Origin: Escherichia phage vB_EcoM_G17
DNA length: 64,000 nt
Sequence record: MK327931.1
Reading direction: 5' to 3' (one strand)
Shown here one piece after another: positions 12,253-22,235 of this stretch; position 1 is the first letter of the stretch, and each line of letters begins with the position of its first letter. The notes below the pieces were generated by a model. The model saw only the letters and a list, made by a program, of their open reading frames with translations, did not search any database and was not told the origin of the DNA. The position numbers were made by a program, and so were the translations under genes.

Positions 12253-12292
12253 GTATTCTCCTATGTGATTCACGTCACTCTAATTAATAAAC

Positions 12293-12320
12293 ATTATATC
12301 ACATTCTTACGGTTTGTCTA
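12293..12320 (-). promoter_or_regulatory. sigma70-type promoter upstream of clpA (TAGACA-N16-TGnTATAAT)
   Basis: Minus strand reads TAGACA, 16-nt spacer, then TGATATAAT (extended -10); about 40 nt upstream of the clpA ATG. Shares the core GTGATATAAT with the promoters at 36353-36474. Confidence 0.5.
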
Positions 12321-12362
12321 CAAGGTAAATAAAGATATACCCGATTTATTTTGGAGACAATC

Positions 12363-13856
12363 ATGACATATAGAATGTGGAAAAAAGGTAGAACCAATGA
12401 TTACAAGTTCATTGATTCTGCCATTGCTGAACAATACAACATTGGTGGAGTTGACATGTGGCTTTATGCATATGTCGGTCCAAAACAAGTTGCTGACAAC
12501 ACTGACTTATCCTATGGAGGTGATTATACATCTTCAGGATCAGTTGTGTCAAGTATTGGCGATTTAATTTTTGGTGACACACCAAACAGAAACTACAACC
12601 TTGAAGCTATCACACTTAGTTGTGTCTATCAAGTTCAAGAAGCAACTCCAGACTTGAAAATCCCAGGATTGTTCTTTAATTTCAACACTATGGACATCAC
12701 AATCCATTATAATACAATGATGCAGCGTTTAGGTAGAAAAATCATGCCAGGGGATGTGATAGAACTACCAAATTTACGTGATTTTGATGTATTTGGTAAA
12801 GATACAGGTCTAAACCGCTTCTATGTCGTCCAAGATGCATTTCGTACATCTGAGGGATACTCGGTTACGTGGCAACATCACATTTATAAACTTAGAGTTA
12901 AACCGCTAACCGACTCACCTGAGTACTCCGATTTACTCGGTAACAATAATTATCCTGATAATCCAGATGACCCTAATAATGGTAATGGAAATACCGATGA
13001 TGGTTCGTCGGAAAACAGTAACTATGGCAATGAAATGGATATCATGAACCGTATCATCATGCAAGCTGATGATGAAGTACCCTATATTCATTATACAAAC
13101 GAACATTTGTATGATGATCGACCTGATACAGTAGATTTATCAAAATATATGCTTAACGGTTATGATTTTCCAGAAGAACCTGCCGATGGAATGTATTTTT
13201 TGAAAAAAACATACCCAGTACTCAAAGAGTTTGTTAATGATACATGGATTTCTGTGGAAGTCAAGCGTGGAACCATCTTTCCCAGAAAACCAATGGATGG
13301 TGACTTCTTCTTTAAAGAAAATGACGCAGATGTGACAGGTTATACGTTGTATCAATATGATAAAAGTGCTAAAAAATGGTTAAATTGTGATGTAGAATAT
13401 ACTACCAGTGATGTTCCACCAGAAGATGTGGAAGATTTTTGTATTTTTTATAAAGAACCACACATTTATCAGTATAATGATGACAAGTGGGGGGAACCAA
13501 AGGTAACTTATGTCAATGAACCATTCACGTCCAATTGTGTATATGGTAATATTGATTCGCAACAAGATTATCGTCCTAAAATTCCACCAGCACGAGGTAC
13601 AGTCCCTGAAGGAAATATGTTCCCAACTGATGCAGTAGATGGTGACTATTTCTATCGCACCGATTATACTCCAGTTACGTTATGGGAATTCAATGCAACT
13701 AAGAATTCATGGGTTATTTTTGATTATGGTGGAAGAAAACCGTGGGAAGGTGCAGACTTAGCACTTACACAGTTTGTAAATAGTGATAACAAAGTTCCAT
13801 TACATGACGCAGTTAAACCTAATACTGTTTATCGCATACATAAGGACACAGAATGA
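12363..13856 (+). CDS. Hypothetical protein with internal repeats (possible structural protein)
   Basis: ORF with GGAGA SD before ATG at 12363 (track start 12351 is TTG); repeated P-x-DG-[MD]-[YF]-F and Y-x-Y-x3-KW motifs; stop overlaps next start (ATGA). Confidence 0.7.
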   Translation: MTYRMWKKGRTNDYKFIDSAIAEQYNIGGVDMWLYAYVGPKQVADNTDLSYGGDYTSSGSVVSSIGDLIFGDTPNRNYNLEAITLSCVYQVQEATPDLKIPGLFFNFNTMDITIHYNTMMQRLGRKIMPGDVIELPNLRDFDVFGKDTGLNRFYVVQDAFRTSEGYSVTWQHHIYKLRVKPLTDSPEYSDLLGNNNYPDNPDDPNNGNGNTDDGSSENSNYGNEMDIMNRIIMQADDEVPYIHYTNEHLYDDRPDTVDLSKYMLNGYDFPEEPADGMYFLKKTYPVLKEFVNDTWISVEVKRGTIFPRKPMDGDFFFKENDADVTGYTLYQYDKSAKKWLNCDVEYTTSDVPPEDVEDFCIFYKEPHIYQYNDDKWGEPKVTYVNEPFTSNCVYGNIDSQQDYRPKIPPARGTVPEGNMFPTDAVDGDYFYRTDYTPVTLWEFNATKNSWVIFDYGGRKPWEGADLALTQFVNSDNKVPLHDAVKPNTVYRIHKDTE

Positions 13857-15196
13857 AAATAGATTATTATTATGACGGTCAATTTCGCAGAGTACTGAAA
13901 CATCTTATCAGAGTTTTTGGTGAATTTCAAGTACAAAATGGTATTGATGCTAATGGAAACCCAAAATACAAAAAGGTTCCATGTCGCTATGCCGATATTT
14001 CAAGAATGGCAGCAGCAATTATAAATGGGAATAGTGAAAATGTTCTCCCATCAGCACCTATAATGACCATAAGTGTTAATCAACTAAAGTTGGATCGTAA
14101 AAATATTCGTTCTAATGCCAACGAAACTATAGTAATGGGGTCTAACAAGTCCCCTGCTATTAATGAGTACACAAAAGATCTTGACACACAATACAAAATT
14201 GTAAGACATAACCCAGTACCTTGGACTTTTACGTTTGATTTGAATATTTGGGTAACTCAAACTCAAACTAAAATGGAATTATTCGAACAAATCTCAACTT
14301 TGTTTGCACCTAGTATACAACTTCAATTATCTGATAACCCGTTAGATTGGACATCGCTTAGTGATGTTGAACTAATAGATTGTCAGTTTTCTACTCGTGG
14401 TTTTCCACAAGGAACTGACCCAGATTTGGATATAATGGTTTTAACATTTGAAACGACAATATGGTTTTCTTTACCAGCTATTGTTGAAAAACCAAAATTA
14501 ATCCAACAGATTACTACAAATATTAAAGGTGCTCGTGACGAATTTGATTTTGAAATGGGAAATTATTCAGATATAATAACAGATGTTTTTACACCCAAGA
14601 ATTTATGCATTAAAGTTGAAGAAATTACTAATTCCAAGTATAATTTACCTGATACATACCAACTTACCTTGGTTAGCCAATCGCTATCTGCGGTTTCTCC
14701 CAACGGTGGAATATATTCATGGGAAAAATATCTTAAATATCTAGAACCAAATTTTGATGACAAAAAAGTAGGGATTAAATTTCAACAATCTATTGAAGAA
14801 GACAACCCACTAAAAGGTCATATAGCGTCGTATGGTGAAAATGAAGATGCCAACAAAATTATAGTACAGCTTGATAATACCAATTATACTGTTGATTACA
14901 CTATACATGGGTTTGTGCAGAAAGATTCAGTACTTTCAAGTGCATTACCTGAACAATATTATGTAAATAACAGTATACATAACATCATTTATAAAGAAAC
15001 CGAAATCCCATCAAATTATTTGTTTAAAATTACAAATGACGGTGCACAATTAATTGATCCATCTACTGTACGAAATTACATTTATAATAAAGAAGACAAT
15101 GGTTATTATAGATATAATGACAAATTTAAATGGCATAAAAGTATCATGCCTGTGTATCGTCAGGGATATTGGAAAATAACTTTCACTGACAAATAA
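13853..15196 (+). CDS. Hypothetical protein, translationally coupled to upstream gene
   Basis: ATGA start/stop overlap with the previous ORF; 447 aa; no recognisable motif. Confidence 0.7.
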   Translation: MKIDYYYDGQFRRVLKHLIRVFGEFQVQNGIDANGNPKYKKVPCRYADISRMAAAIINGNSENVLPSAPIMTISVNQLKLDRKNIRSNANETIVMGSNKSPAINEYTKDLDTQYKIVRHNPVPWTFTFDLNIWVTQTQTKMELFEQISTLFAPSIQLQLSDNPLDWTSLSDVELIDCQFSTRGFPQGTDPDLDIMVLTFETTIWFSLPAIVEKPKLIQQITTNIKGARDEFDFEMGNYSDIITDVFTPKNLCIKVEEITNSKYNLPDTYQLTLVSQSLSAVSPNGGIYSWEKYLKYLEPNFDDKKVGIKFQQSIEEDNPLKGHIASYGENEDANKIIVQLDNTNYTVDYTIHGFVQKDSVLSSALPEQYYVNNSIHNIIYKETEIPSNYLFKITNDGAQLIDPSTVRNYIYNKEDNGYYRYNDKFKWHKSIMPVYRQGYWKITFTDK

Positions 15197-15209
15197 AGGA
15201 GGTGTTGTT

Positions 15210-15674
15210 ATGAATGAAGCGGTTGGTGCTATATTTTTATCAAAAAGTACTGGACATATGATGTTAAACTTGCGTTCTGAAAGAAGTACCTATTCTAACA
15301 ACTGGGCATTTGTTGGTGGAAAGCTTGAACATAACGAAACACCACTACAAGGTCTGATGCGAGAAATTAAAGAAGAGTTGGGCAACTCAATACCTAACAT
15401 TATTGATATTATACCGTTTGATGTATTTTGTACAAAAAATGGTAAATTTAAATATTATTCATTTGTTATTGTAGTTGAGAATGAATTTGTACCAACTTTA
15501 AATCATGAAAGCTCTGGTTATGCTTGGGTTAGAATTGGTTCTTGGCCTAAACCATTACACCCTGGTGCTAAAAATACTTTACTTAACACAAACTTAATGA
15601 AAGATTTTTACTCACTATGGGAAAGTATACGTGAAGGTACACAGTTTGTCAACAGTTTACCATATAGATATTAA
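15210..15674 (+). CDS. Nudix hydrolase
   Basis: Nudix box GGKLEHNETPLQGLMREIKEELG (Gx5Ex7REuxEExGu); AAGGAGG SD 7 nt upstream of ATG. Confidence 0.8.
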   Translation: MNEAVGAIFLSKSTGHMMLNLRSERSTYSNNWAFVGGKLEHNETPLQGLMREIKEELGNSIPNIIDIIPFDVFCTKNGKFKYYSFVIVVENEFVPTLNHESSGYAWVRIGSWPKPLHPGAKNTLLNTNLMKDFYSLWESIREGTQFVNSLPYRY

Positions 15675-15682
15675 AACAAAAA

Positions 15683-15706
15683 GGAGCCGTGTGGCTCCTT
15701 TTTTTA
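15683..15706. terminator. Bidirectional intrinsic terminator
   Basis: GGAGCC-GTGT-GGCTCC hairpin followed by T7; between convergent Nudix (+) and the 366-aa gene (-). Confidence 0.6.
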
Positions 15707-16804
15707 TACTCCAATAATCGGAATACCTGTAATATTTAACAACACGGATGCTTGTAGTTTAACGGATTCACCAGCAGTTAGATTACTAATACTACCATCA
15801 ACTCGAAAACCTAAATTTTTATTTGAGTTTAGAGAATTGATAACCCAATTTTCATAATCAGCTTTAGATGTTCCATTAGGATTTGGGATAGATGGATCTA
15901 CACCATTAATAACAATATTTACGTCCCAGTTTGGGCGACTACTGGTAATAACATCTTTAATGGATTCTAATTGTGTAATCCTACGTGGGTCTGGCATTTG
16001 ACTTGCCCCCACCGAACCAGGAACAAAAGTTCCTTGATTATCTACATAAAATTGCCCTTTTATAAAAAAGGTTTTGGAATTGTATGGAAGAGAAACTATC
16101 TCACCAGAAGAATCATTTACTTCTCTAATCATAATTTTTAATTCATAGAAATAGTTGCTACCAAATTCAAAGACACCTGTACCATTAGTTAATGTTGTCC
16201 AGTTATTTGTATCTACTTGTGAAGTACCACCTAAGTTAAAATACGCAATCGGTTTAGTACTATTACTTTGTGTGAACTCTATATATTTTTTACCATTATC
16301 ATAGTTAATATCTAATAATGATGAATACTCTTTGTTTTCTGGTCTAGATGTTTGAATTTCACGCCATTCTTTGTTTTTCATTAACACACGAAGAGAATCA
16401 CCGTTACTAGTTAATACCATACGACCCATAACACTATTTTCACCATCAGGTACTGTGTTAAAAACAGTAATCATAGGGATAGACGCCCATTCAGCTTCAC
16501 TTACCATATCAGCAGGTTGTCTAGCATTATCAACTAATGATATCAATAACTCACCAGTACTACCAGTGTTTCTATACCAAAGTTGACCATTGACGTTGCC
16601 ACGTGGTGCAGATGCTGAACTGAAATTTTCAACTAAATGTAAAAAGTTTTCATTCCATGCTTGACCGTAACTTACTTTATTTCTACCAACTAAATTTAAC
16701 GGAACTGGGTTACTTCCGGGCTGGTTTGGTCCTAAAATAACATTATTTGGAATGGTAGCATAAACACTACCATTACTTCTATAAATTGTATAATTAACAC
16801 TCAT
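15704..16804 (-). CDS. Hypothetical protein (366 aa), first of three tightly spaced minus-strand genes
   Basis: ATG-start ORF; 12-nt gap to upstream gene; no motif recognised. Confidence 0.65.
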   Translation of the reverse strand: MSVNYTIYRSNGSVYATIPNNVILGPNQPGSNPVPLNLVGRNKVSYGQAWNENFLHLVENFSSASAPRGNVNGQLWYRNTGSTGELLISLVDNARQPADMVSEAEWASIPMITVFNTVPDGENSVMGRMVLTSNGDSLRVLMKNKEWREIQTSRPENKEYSSLLDINYDNGKKYIEFTQSNSTKPIAYFNLGGTSQVDTNNWTTLTNGTGVFEFGSNYFYELKIMIREVNDSSGEIVSLPYNSKTFFIKGQFYVDNQGTFVPGSVGASQMPDPRRITQLESIKDVITSSRPNWDVNIVINGVDPSIPNPNGTSKADYENWVINSLNSNKNLGFRVDGSISNLTAGESVKLQASVLLNITGIPIIGV

Positions 16805-16816
16805 TATATGTCCCCA

Positions 16817-17425
16817 TTATTGTAATTGTACACGAACTGTGTATTTAATTTGTAAGACACGGTTTGCACTTTTCTCAACTGGGTGAAAAATGATATGGGT
16901 TAAAGGAATACCACTATCGCCATCCGTGTATAATCCCAATTCATCAAACACATAAGTTCCATCCATGCTTGTCCCTGAGCTTACACCTTGGTCGGATGGT
17001 TCACCTAACCCTAGAGTACAAATACATACAATATCAGTATAGGACTGTCCTGGTATATGTACAGTTGTAATATTATTGTATTGTGAATCAATACCTGCCG
17101 TAATTCGTGGGTTGATTTTTTTCAAATATGTTTGTGAATACAAACCACCAAATGATGTAACACGTGGTTTTTTATAAGTAACACGACCAGTACTTAAAAC
17201 TACTGTACCACCATTACCAAAACGCATCTCGCTAATAGAACCAATAGGAATACCAGTACTGTCTTGATTATATGCTAACGCATTAGCAATGGCAGTACTC
17301 ATATTTTCAGGGTGAATAGCGTTAGATTTATCTAAAACGATTTTTTGATTTGATGGATCAGTAACGTCAGTAATTAGGACATGACCTTTAACAAATAGTT
17401 TTGGTTGTTCTGTTTCTAATTTCAT
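16817..17425 (-). CDS. Hypothetical protein (202 aa)
   Basis: ORF in operon arrangement with flanking minus-strand genes. Confidence 0.6.
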   Translation of the reverse strand: MKLETEQPKLFVKGHVLITDVTDPSNQKIVLDKSNAIHPENMSTAIANALAYNQDSTGIPIGSISEMRFGNGGTVVLSTGRVTYKKPRVTSFGGLYSQTYLKKINPRITAGIDSQYNNITTVHIPGQSYTDIVCICTLGLGEPSDQGVSSGTSMDGTYVFDELGLYTDGDSGIPLTHIIFHPVEKSANRVLQIKYTVRVQLQ

Positions 17426-17434
17426 TTCTAATCC

Positions 17435-17932
17435 TTAGTAGTTAATTAAAATTTGTTCTAACTTCCCAGCTAAACTTTTTTGGACATCTGATGGATACTT
17501 ACTAATATAATCACGGTCTATACCAACTTTAAGGTAAGTAAAATTACCAGTTACTGTTTCAGCAAATGTTCCGGTAGTTCCTTGTTGTCTAATTAAATCC
17601 CCACCATTTGGATTTAAAATAACCATATCAGTAAATTCAAGATAATAATTACAACTTTCAGTGAATTTAATTGGAAACCAATCATCATCAGTAGGATTAC
17701 TAGCTAATGTAGCTAATACATAAATTCTACCAATAAAATTACGTAGTGTAAATGAAATAGTATGTAAACCTGTAGTACAGCCATAGTAGCCACCACTTGC
17801 GAGTGGTAACGTTTGTTCATTCCAGTGATAATCCAAGTTAGCTGGATACCAGCTATCAGATTCAGGAAAATCTTGCCATGAACCATCTTTTGTTTTTCTT
17901 CTGAAGAGAAAGTCTTTTGATCTTAATGCCAT
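17435..17932 (-). CDS. Hypothetical protein (165 aa)
   Basis: ORF; ATAAATAA motif about 30 nt upstream on the minus strand. Confidence 0.6.
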   Translation of the reverse strand: MALRSKDFLFRRKTKDGSWQDFPESDSWYPANLDYHWNEQTLPLASGGYYGCTTGLHTISFTLRNFIGRIYVLATLASNPTDDDWFPIKFTESCNYYLEFTDMVILNPNGGDLIRQQGTTGTFAETVTGNFTYLKVGIDRDYISKYPSDVQKSLAGKLEQILINY

Positions 17933-18042
17933 TGTTTAAGCCCTTTTAGTAGTGAACTTTCATTTATTTATTAATGATAACGAAATGTATTTTGTACTGA
18001 TAAATATTGGTATATGACATTAACTCATACAAGGGAAATATT

Positions 18043-19158
18043 ATGACAATTTCATTTAATGGTTCATGTAATAACTCCGGCATCAAAAGTCTAGTTATTA
18101 ATGGTGCTGGGCATTTAATTGTAACCTATGCAGATAACACAATTCAAGATTTAGGTCTTGTTGTAGGACAGAATGGCGAGAATGGTAAAAACTTTTATCC
18201 TAATGAGATTGGTTTTGAAATTCCTTCCGAACAATTTAAAGTTGGTGAACCACTTGGGTGGTGCTACTTAAGCTTGGCTAACAATACCAGTACTCTATAC
18301 TTTAAATCAAATGATGCACAAGATCCGACAAGTACATGGATTAGTGTTGAGTTTGGTAAAGGTGATACGGGTGAAGCGGGTAAGCCGTTCCACATTGATA
18401 GTGCTGGAACTACTTTCCCAACAACTGGTCTTTTTAATAACTATACATTTTATAATACTCAAGATGGTAAACTTTATTTCTATCAAAGTGTAACTGCTAC
18501 TTGGAGTGATGGTATACCTTTCCGTGGTGAACAAGGTCCGCGTGGTCGTTTCCATATTGATAGCAGTGGTGATCAATTTCCAAGTATTGAAAATCTTCCA
18601 GTTGATTATTGTTTTTATAACAACACTGATGGAAAACTATATTATGTTGATGAAGTAACTACAACTACCCCTCCTTCAAAAGAGTGGAGTGATGGTATTC
18701 TATTCCGTGGTAAAGAAGGTCAGCAAGGTATTCAAGGTATACAAGGCGAACCAGGTGCACCAGGTAAAGATACAATTTCTATTAGAAATACCATAGATAG
18801 CTCATGGACTAACGCACTATTAGTTATTGGTACATGTCCTGCTGGATATGTAGTTTCTAATATTGATGTAAACGTTATACAACCTTATTCTCTTCCAGTA
18901 ACTGATATGTTTGTACGTTTTGGTGGTGAAGCACAAGAAGATATTGGCGGGACGGTAATTGCACCAACTTCCTACTTTGATATCAATCGTCAGATGCGTT
19001 TTATTGTTAATGAAACTAATCATGCAGCATCCGATGATGATGAAATTATTTCATGTGTATTCAACGATTCTGTTAACAACAGTCCTTATGGAAAAATGGA
19101 AATTATTTGTACTCTTTCATGGCAAGCTCCTATCCAACCGATTCAAGATAATATTTAA
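18043..19158 (+). CDS. Collagen-like repeat-containing fibre protein
   Basis: G-x-x triplet run FRGKEGQQGIQGIQGEPGAPGKD; two internal ~60-aa repeats (HIDS.G..FP...DGKLY.Y); AGGGAA SD before ATG at 18043 (track start 18007 is TTG). Confidence 0.65.
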   Translation: MTISFNGSCNNSGIKSLVINGAGHLIVTYADNTIQDLGLVVGQNGENGKNFYPNEIGFEIPSEQFKVGEPLGWCYLSLANNTSTLYFKSNDAQDPTSTWISVEFGKGDTGEAGKPFHIDSAGTTFPTTGLFNNYTFYNTQDGKLYFYQSVTATWSDGIPFRGEQGPRGRFHIDSSGDQFPSIENLPVDYCFYNNTDGKLYYVDEVTTTTPPSKEWSDGILFRGKEGQQGIQGIQGEPGAPGKDTISIRNTIDSSWTNALLVIGTCPAGYVVSNIDVNVIQPYSLPVTDMFVRFGGEAQEDIGGTVIAPTSYFDINRQMRFIVNETNHAASDDDEIISCVFNDSVNNSPYGKMEIICTLSWQAPIQPIQDNI

Positions 19159-19172
19159 GGGAGGATGTCATA

Positions 19173-21314
19173 ATGGCAGTATTTTCTAATTTTGAAGGAA
19201 CTATGCAGCCCAAATTCATATTGGGGAAAAAAGGTGCTTCAATAAATTTTATCAATGATTCAGTTTCTATAAAAGATTATCTAGGAGAACAGTTCCTACC
19301 ACTGAAGGTAGGAACTTCATCTGACCCTAATTCAGCAGTTAACGTAAAATATCTTGAAGATAACCCTAATGCATTATTTGGTGTTGTACCCCCTACCGAT
19401 GATGTAGGAAAGAACAATAATACGTATTTTCAAATTGATGAAGATGGTATTGTTGATATTTTTGCAAAAAGTAATGGTACATGGGTAAAATCATTATACA
19501 TTAATAAAAAAGTTCTATCCAGTAAAAATGGTGGCGATTTCATCGGACTTATTACTGGAGGTACAGTTCAACAGGCCCAGTTTTATATAACACCAGAAGA
19601 ATTTGGTGCTAAAGGTGATGGCGAAACTGATGACACTGCTGCTGTAAATTTATGTGCTGCTTATGCTAAAGAAAATAAAATCCAAATTCAGGCTGGTGGT
19701 AATTACCGTATCAAAACTGCAATATACCTAGAAGATGTAACTTGGTTTGGGGGAACTATTACTGGTAACGGTGGTACTATGGTATCTGTTATTAATTCCC
19801 AAATACAATTTGCAACACTTACTGGATGTTATTTAAAATTCTTCGGTGGCGATGGTAAGTTTTATTTTAATAAATTTATAAACATCACAAGTACTGCTGC
19901 ATTTTTAATGCAAGGTATGACACAACCAGGAACAATAGATTTTTGCTTTAATGAAATGACCCAATGTAAGTATGGTGTTCTTCAACAAGGTACTGGTGAG
20001 AAAATGAAGGTTGGTAGATATTCATATAACCATATTCATGATATCTATGGTGATGCAATTGAACTAAACGTAATTAACTCACATTATCCTGATGGTTTTG
20101 TGATTGAAGGAAACGTAATTGAAAACGTTGATGGTTCTAACGCTCCAATCCCACTTTCAAACTGGGGCATTGGTATTGGCGTTGCTGGTTCTGGTCCTTA
20201 TGGTTTAGATGCACCAGATACACAATATGTCAGAAACTTTGTTATTAAAAATAACAGACTATATAATGTTAGACAATGTATACACGTTGAATTAGGAATG
20301 GACTTTAAAATACTTAATAATGAAGTTTATCCATCATCTTTAGTTTCTGTTGGTACTGGATTAACCACTGCTGGTGTTATAACTTATGGTTCGAAAGAAT
20401 TCATTATTGATGGGTTGACTGGTCATTTGCTTAATGATCCTTCTATCACAAATAGAATGGTTTCAATAAACTGGGGTGTAACTTCTGGTCGTTTTGCTGG
20501 ACCACCTAGAAACTTTAAAATTTCTAATCTCTATATTCCAGAGTCTTCTATACTTGTTTATACTTCCGGTTCTGATAATTGGTTAAATAATACAGAATTG
20601 AGCAATATCACTTGTTCTAAAATCCTTTGGCGTGGTTTGCCATCATCATCTAAATTTAGTGATATTAGAACTAAAGAATTAGATGTAATTGGTCAACACC
20701 TCTCTACCGAAGGCGAAGGTGGTGGTATCTATACTCGCTCTAAATATACTTATACTAATTGGACTAACTGTGTTGTTCAAGATGATTGTAATGTTTCAAA
20801 ATATAGTTTTTCTAAAATGTATGTAGACAGAATAGACCAATCATCTAATAACTTTAAAGTTACAACTGCAATCGATGGTACAGGTCACCGTGGCCCAGTA
20901 CTGATACCTGTAGTTGAGCAATATTATATTCCATACGATACTTTTCCTGGGGGACGCTATTTCTCTGAAGGCACGATTATTCATAAACAATCGGGTGGAA
21001 AATATATTGTAACTGTTGGTGGTTCTTTTTTCGGAAAATATGACACAATTAGACAAACGGTAGCAGGACAAACATACATAGAAGCATTGGGTGTGTCATG
21101 GGGTGAAAACCAATATGCAAAAGCTGCTGGTACTGAGATCATTATATCCGGTGCTGGTGAAAATGGTGGTGATTTGAGAACGTATATAACTCGTGCAGTG
21201 TATGTTGTAAACAACGTATATAGAATTGATATTGCAGATCCTATCATAACAGCAACTGCCGCTGGTGCAGCATTAAAAGCTGCCCAACCCGTAACTTACA
21301 TAACCCTACCATAA
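19173..21314 (+). CDS. Tail fibre/spike protein with beta-helix-like central region (possible depolymerase)
   Basis: N-terminal ~25 aa nearly identical to the next gene; central region rich in short N/G/I/V-containing strands typical of parallel beta-helix folds; GGAGGA SD. Confidence 0.6.
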   Translation: MAVFSNFEGTMQPKFILGKKGASINFINDSVSIKDYLGEQFLPLKVGTSSDPNSAVNVKYLEDNPNALFGVVPPTDDVGKNNNTYFQIDEDGIVDIFAKSNGTWVKSLYINKKVLSSKNGGDFIGLITGGTVQQAQFYITPEEFGAKGDGETDDTAAVNLCAAYAKENKIQIQAGGNYRIKTAIYLEDVTWFGGTITGNGGTMVSVINSQIQFATLTGCYLKFFGGDGKFYFNKFINITSTAAFLMQGMTQPGTIDFCFNEMTQCKYGVLQQGTGEKMKVGRYSYNHIHDIYGDAIELNVINSHYPDGFVIEGNVIENVDGSNAPIPLSNWGIGIGVAGSGPYGLDAPDTQYVRNFVIKNNRLYNVRQCIHVELGMDFKILNNEVYPSSLVSVGTGLTTAGVITYGSKEFIIDGLTGHLLNDPSITNRMVSINWGVTSGRFAGPPRNFKISNLYIPESSILVYTSGSDNWLNNTELSNITCSKILWRGLPSSSKFSDIRTKELDVIGQHLSTEGEGGGIYTRSKYTYTNWTNCVVQDDCNVSKYSFSKMYVDRIDQSSNNFKVTTAIDGTGHRGPVLIPVVEQYYIPYDTFPGGRYFSEGTIIHKQSGGKYIVTVGGSFFGKYDTIRQTVAGQTYIEALGVSWGENQYAKAAGTEIIISGAGENGGDLRTYITRAVYVVNNVYRIDIADPIITATAAGAALKAAQPVTYITLP

Positions 21315-21330
21315 AGGAGATTATATTAAA

Positions 21331-22227
21331 ATGGCAGTTTTTTCTAATTTAGAAGGAACCATGAAGAAGTCCTTCATTCTTGGGAAGAATGGTGCACAGA
21401 TTACCACAAATGGTAGTGTTGTGCAAATTCAAAACTACTCAGGAACACAACTTCTTCCAATTTCAGCAGGTGAACCAACTGCAAACACACACTTGGTTAC
21501 ATTGGGATATTTAAACGCACACAGTGGTGGTGGTAGTTCTGGTATCTTACGTGGAACAACAGCACCATCCGATTCGATCGGTCTAGATGGTGACGTTTAC
21601 TTTTTGGTTGATAGTACTAATGTTCTTCAAATTTATATTAAAGATCTTGGTATTTGGAAACCATTTAAAGGTAGCTCACCTGGGACTGATAGCTCATATG
21701 TAACTACTGAAATAGTTCCTGTTTCTGCATTTACATTAGTGCCAGATACTACTGATCATTATACTTACACACTACCAGAATCAGTTCATGGTAGAGGTTC
21801 TGATATTATGATCCAACTACAAGGTGACCCAGGTAATGTTGCATTGGAATCAGTATTCCAAACCACAGTAACAGTTAGTGGTATTGGGGATATAACAATT
21901 GATGTGATTGGTCAAATCACAGATTATGCAAGTGTTAAAGTAAACATTATAGGAGCAACAACAATGACAGTACCTTATAGTAAATTGGTAAACCAAGCAG
22001 ATTGGGTTTCTAGTGATGGTGATTTTACAATCACTATTCCTGCATCTGAACACAATCAAACACCAGATAATTTGTATATTTCAATTTATGCAAATAAAAC
22101 ACCTGGGAGTGTTTCGTCATCTCCATTTGAATTGGTAGTGACTGATACACAAATTAGTAGTACTGGTGATGTAATCTTCACTTCTGATATTTCTTTCAGT
22201 GGTAAGATTGTCATCTCTGGTAAGTAA
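21331..22227 (+). CDS. Tail fibre protein (short), sharing N-terminal module with 19173-21314
   Basis: MAVFSNLEGTMKKSFILGKNGA versus MAVFSNFEGTMQPKFILGKKGA in the preceding gene; AAGGAG SD. Confidence 0.6.
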   Translation: MAVFSNLEGTMKKSFILGKNGAQITTNGSVVQIQNYSGTQLLPISAGEPTANTHLVTLGYLNAHSGGGSSGILRGTTAPSDSIGLDGDVYFLVDSTNVLQIYIKDLGIWKPFKGSSPGTDSSYVTTEIVPVSAFTLVPDTTDHYTYTLPESVHGRGSDIMIQLQGDPGNVALESVFQTTVTVSGIGDITIDVIGQITDYASVKVNIIGATTMTVPYSKLVNQADWVSSDGDFTITIPASEHNQTPDNLYISIYANKTPGSVSSSPFELVVTDTQISSTGDVIFTSDISFSGKIVISGK

Positions 22228-22235
22228 AAAAAATT

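Noticed and set aside
12253-12273. N-terminal extensions produced by TTG/GTG starts on the ORF track (for example clpA at 12273, the 501-aa gene at 12351, the collagen-like gene at 18007)
   Set aside because: Each has an in-frame ATG a few codons downstream, preceded by a good Shine-Dalgarno sequence; the shorter ATG-initiated forms were used.
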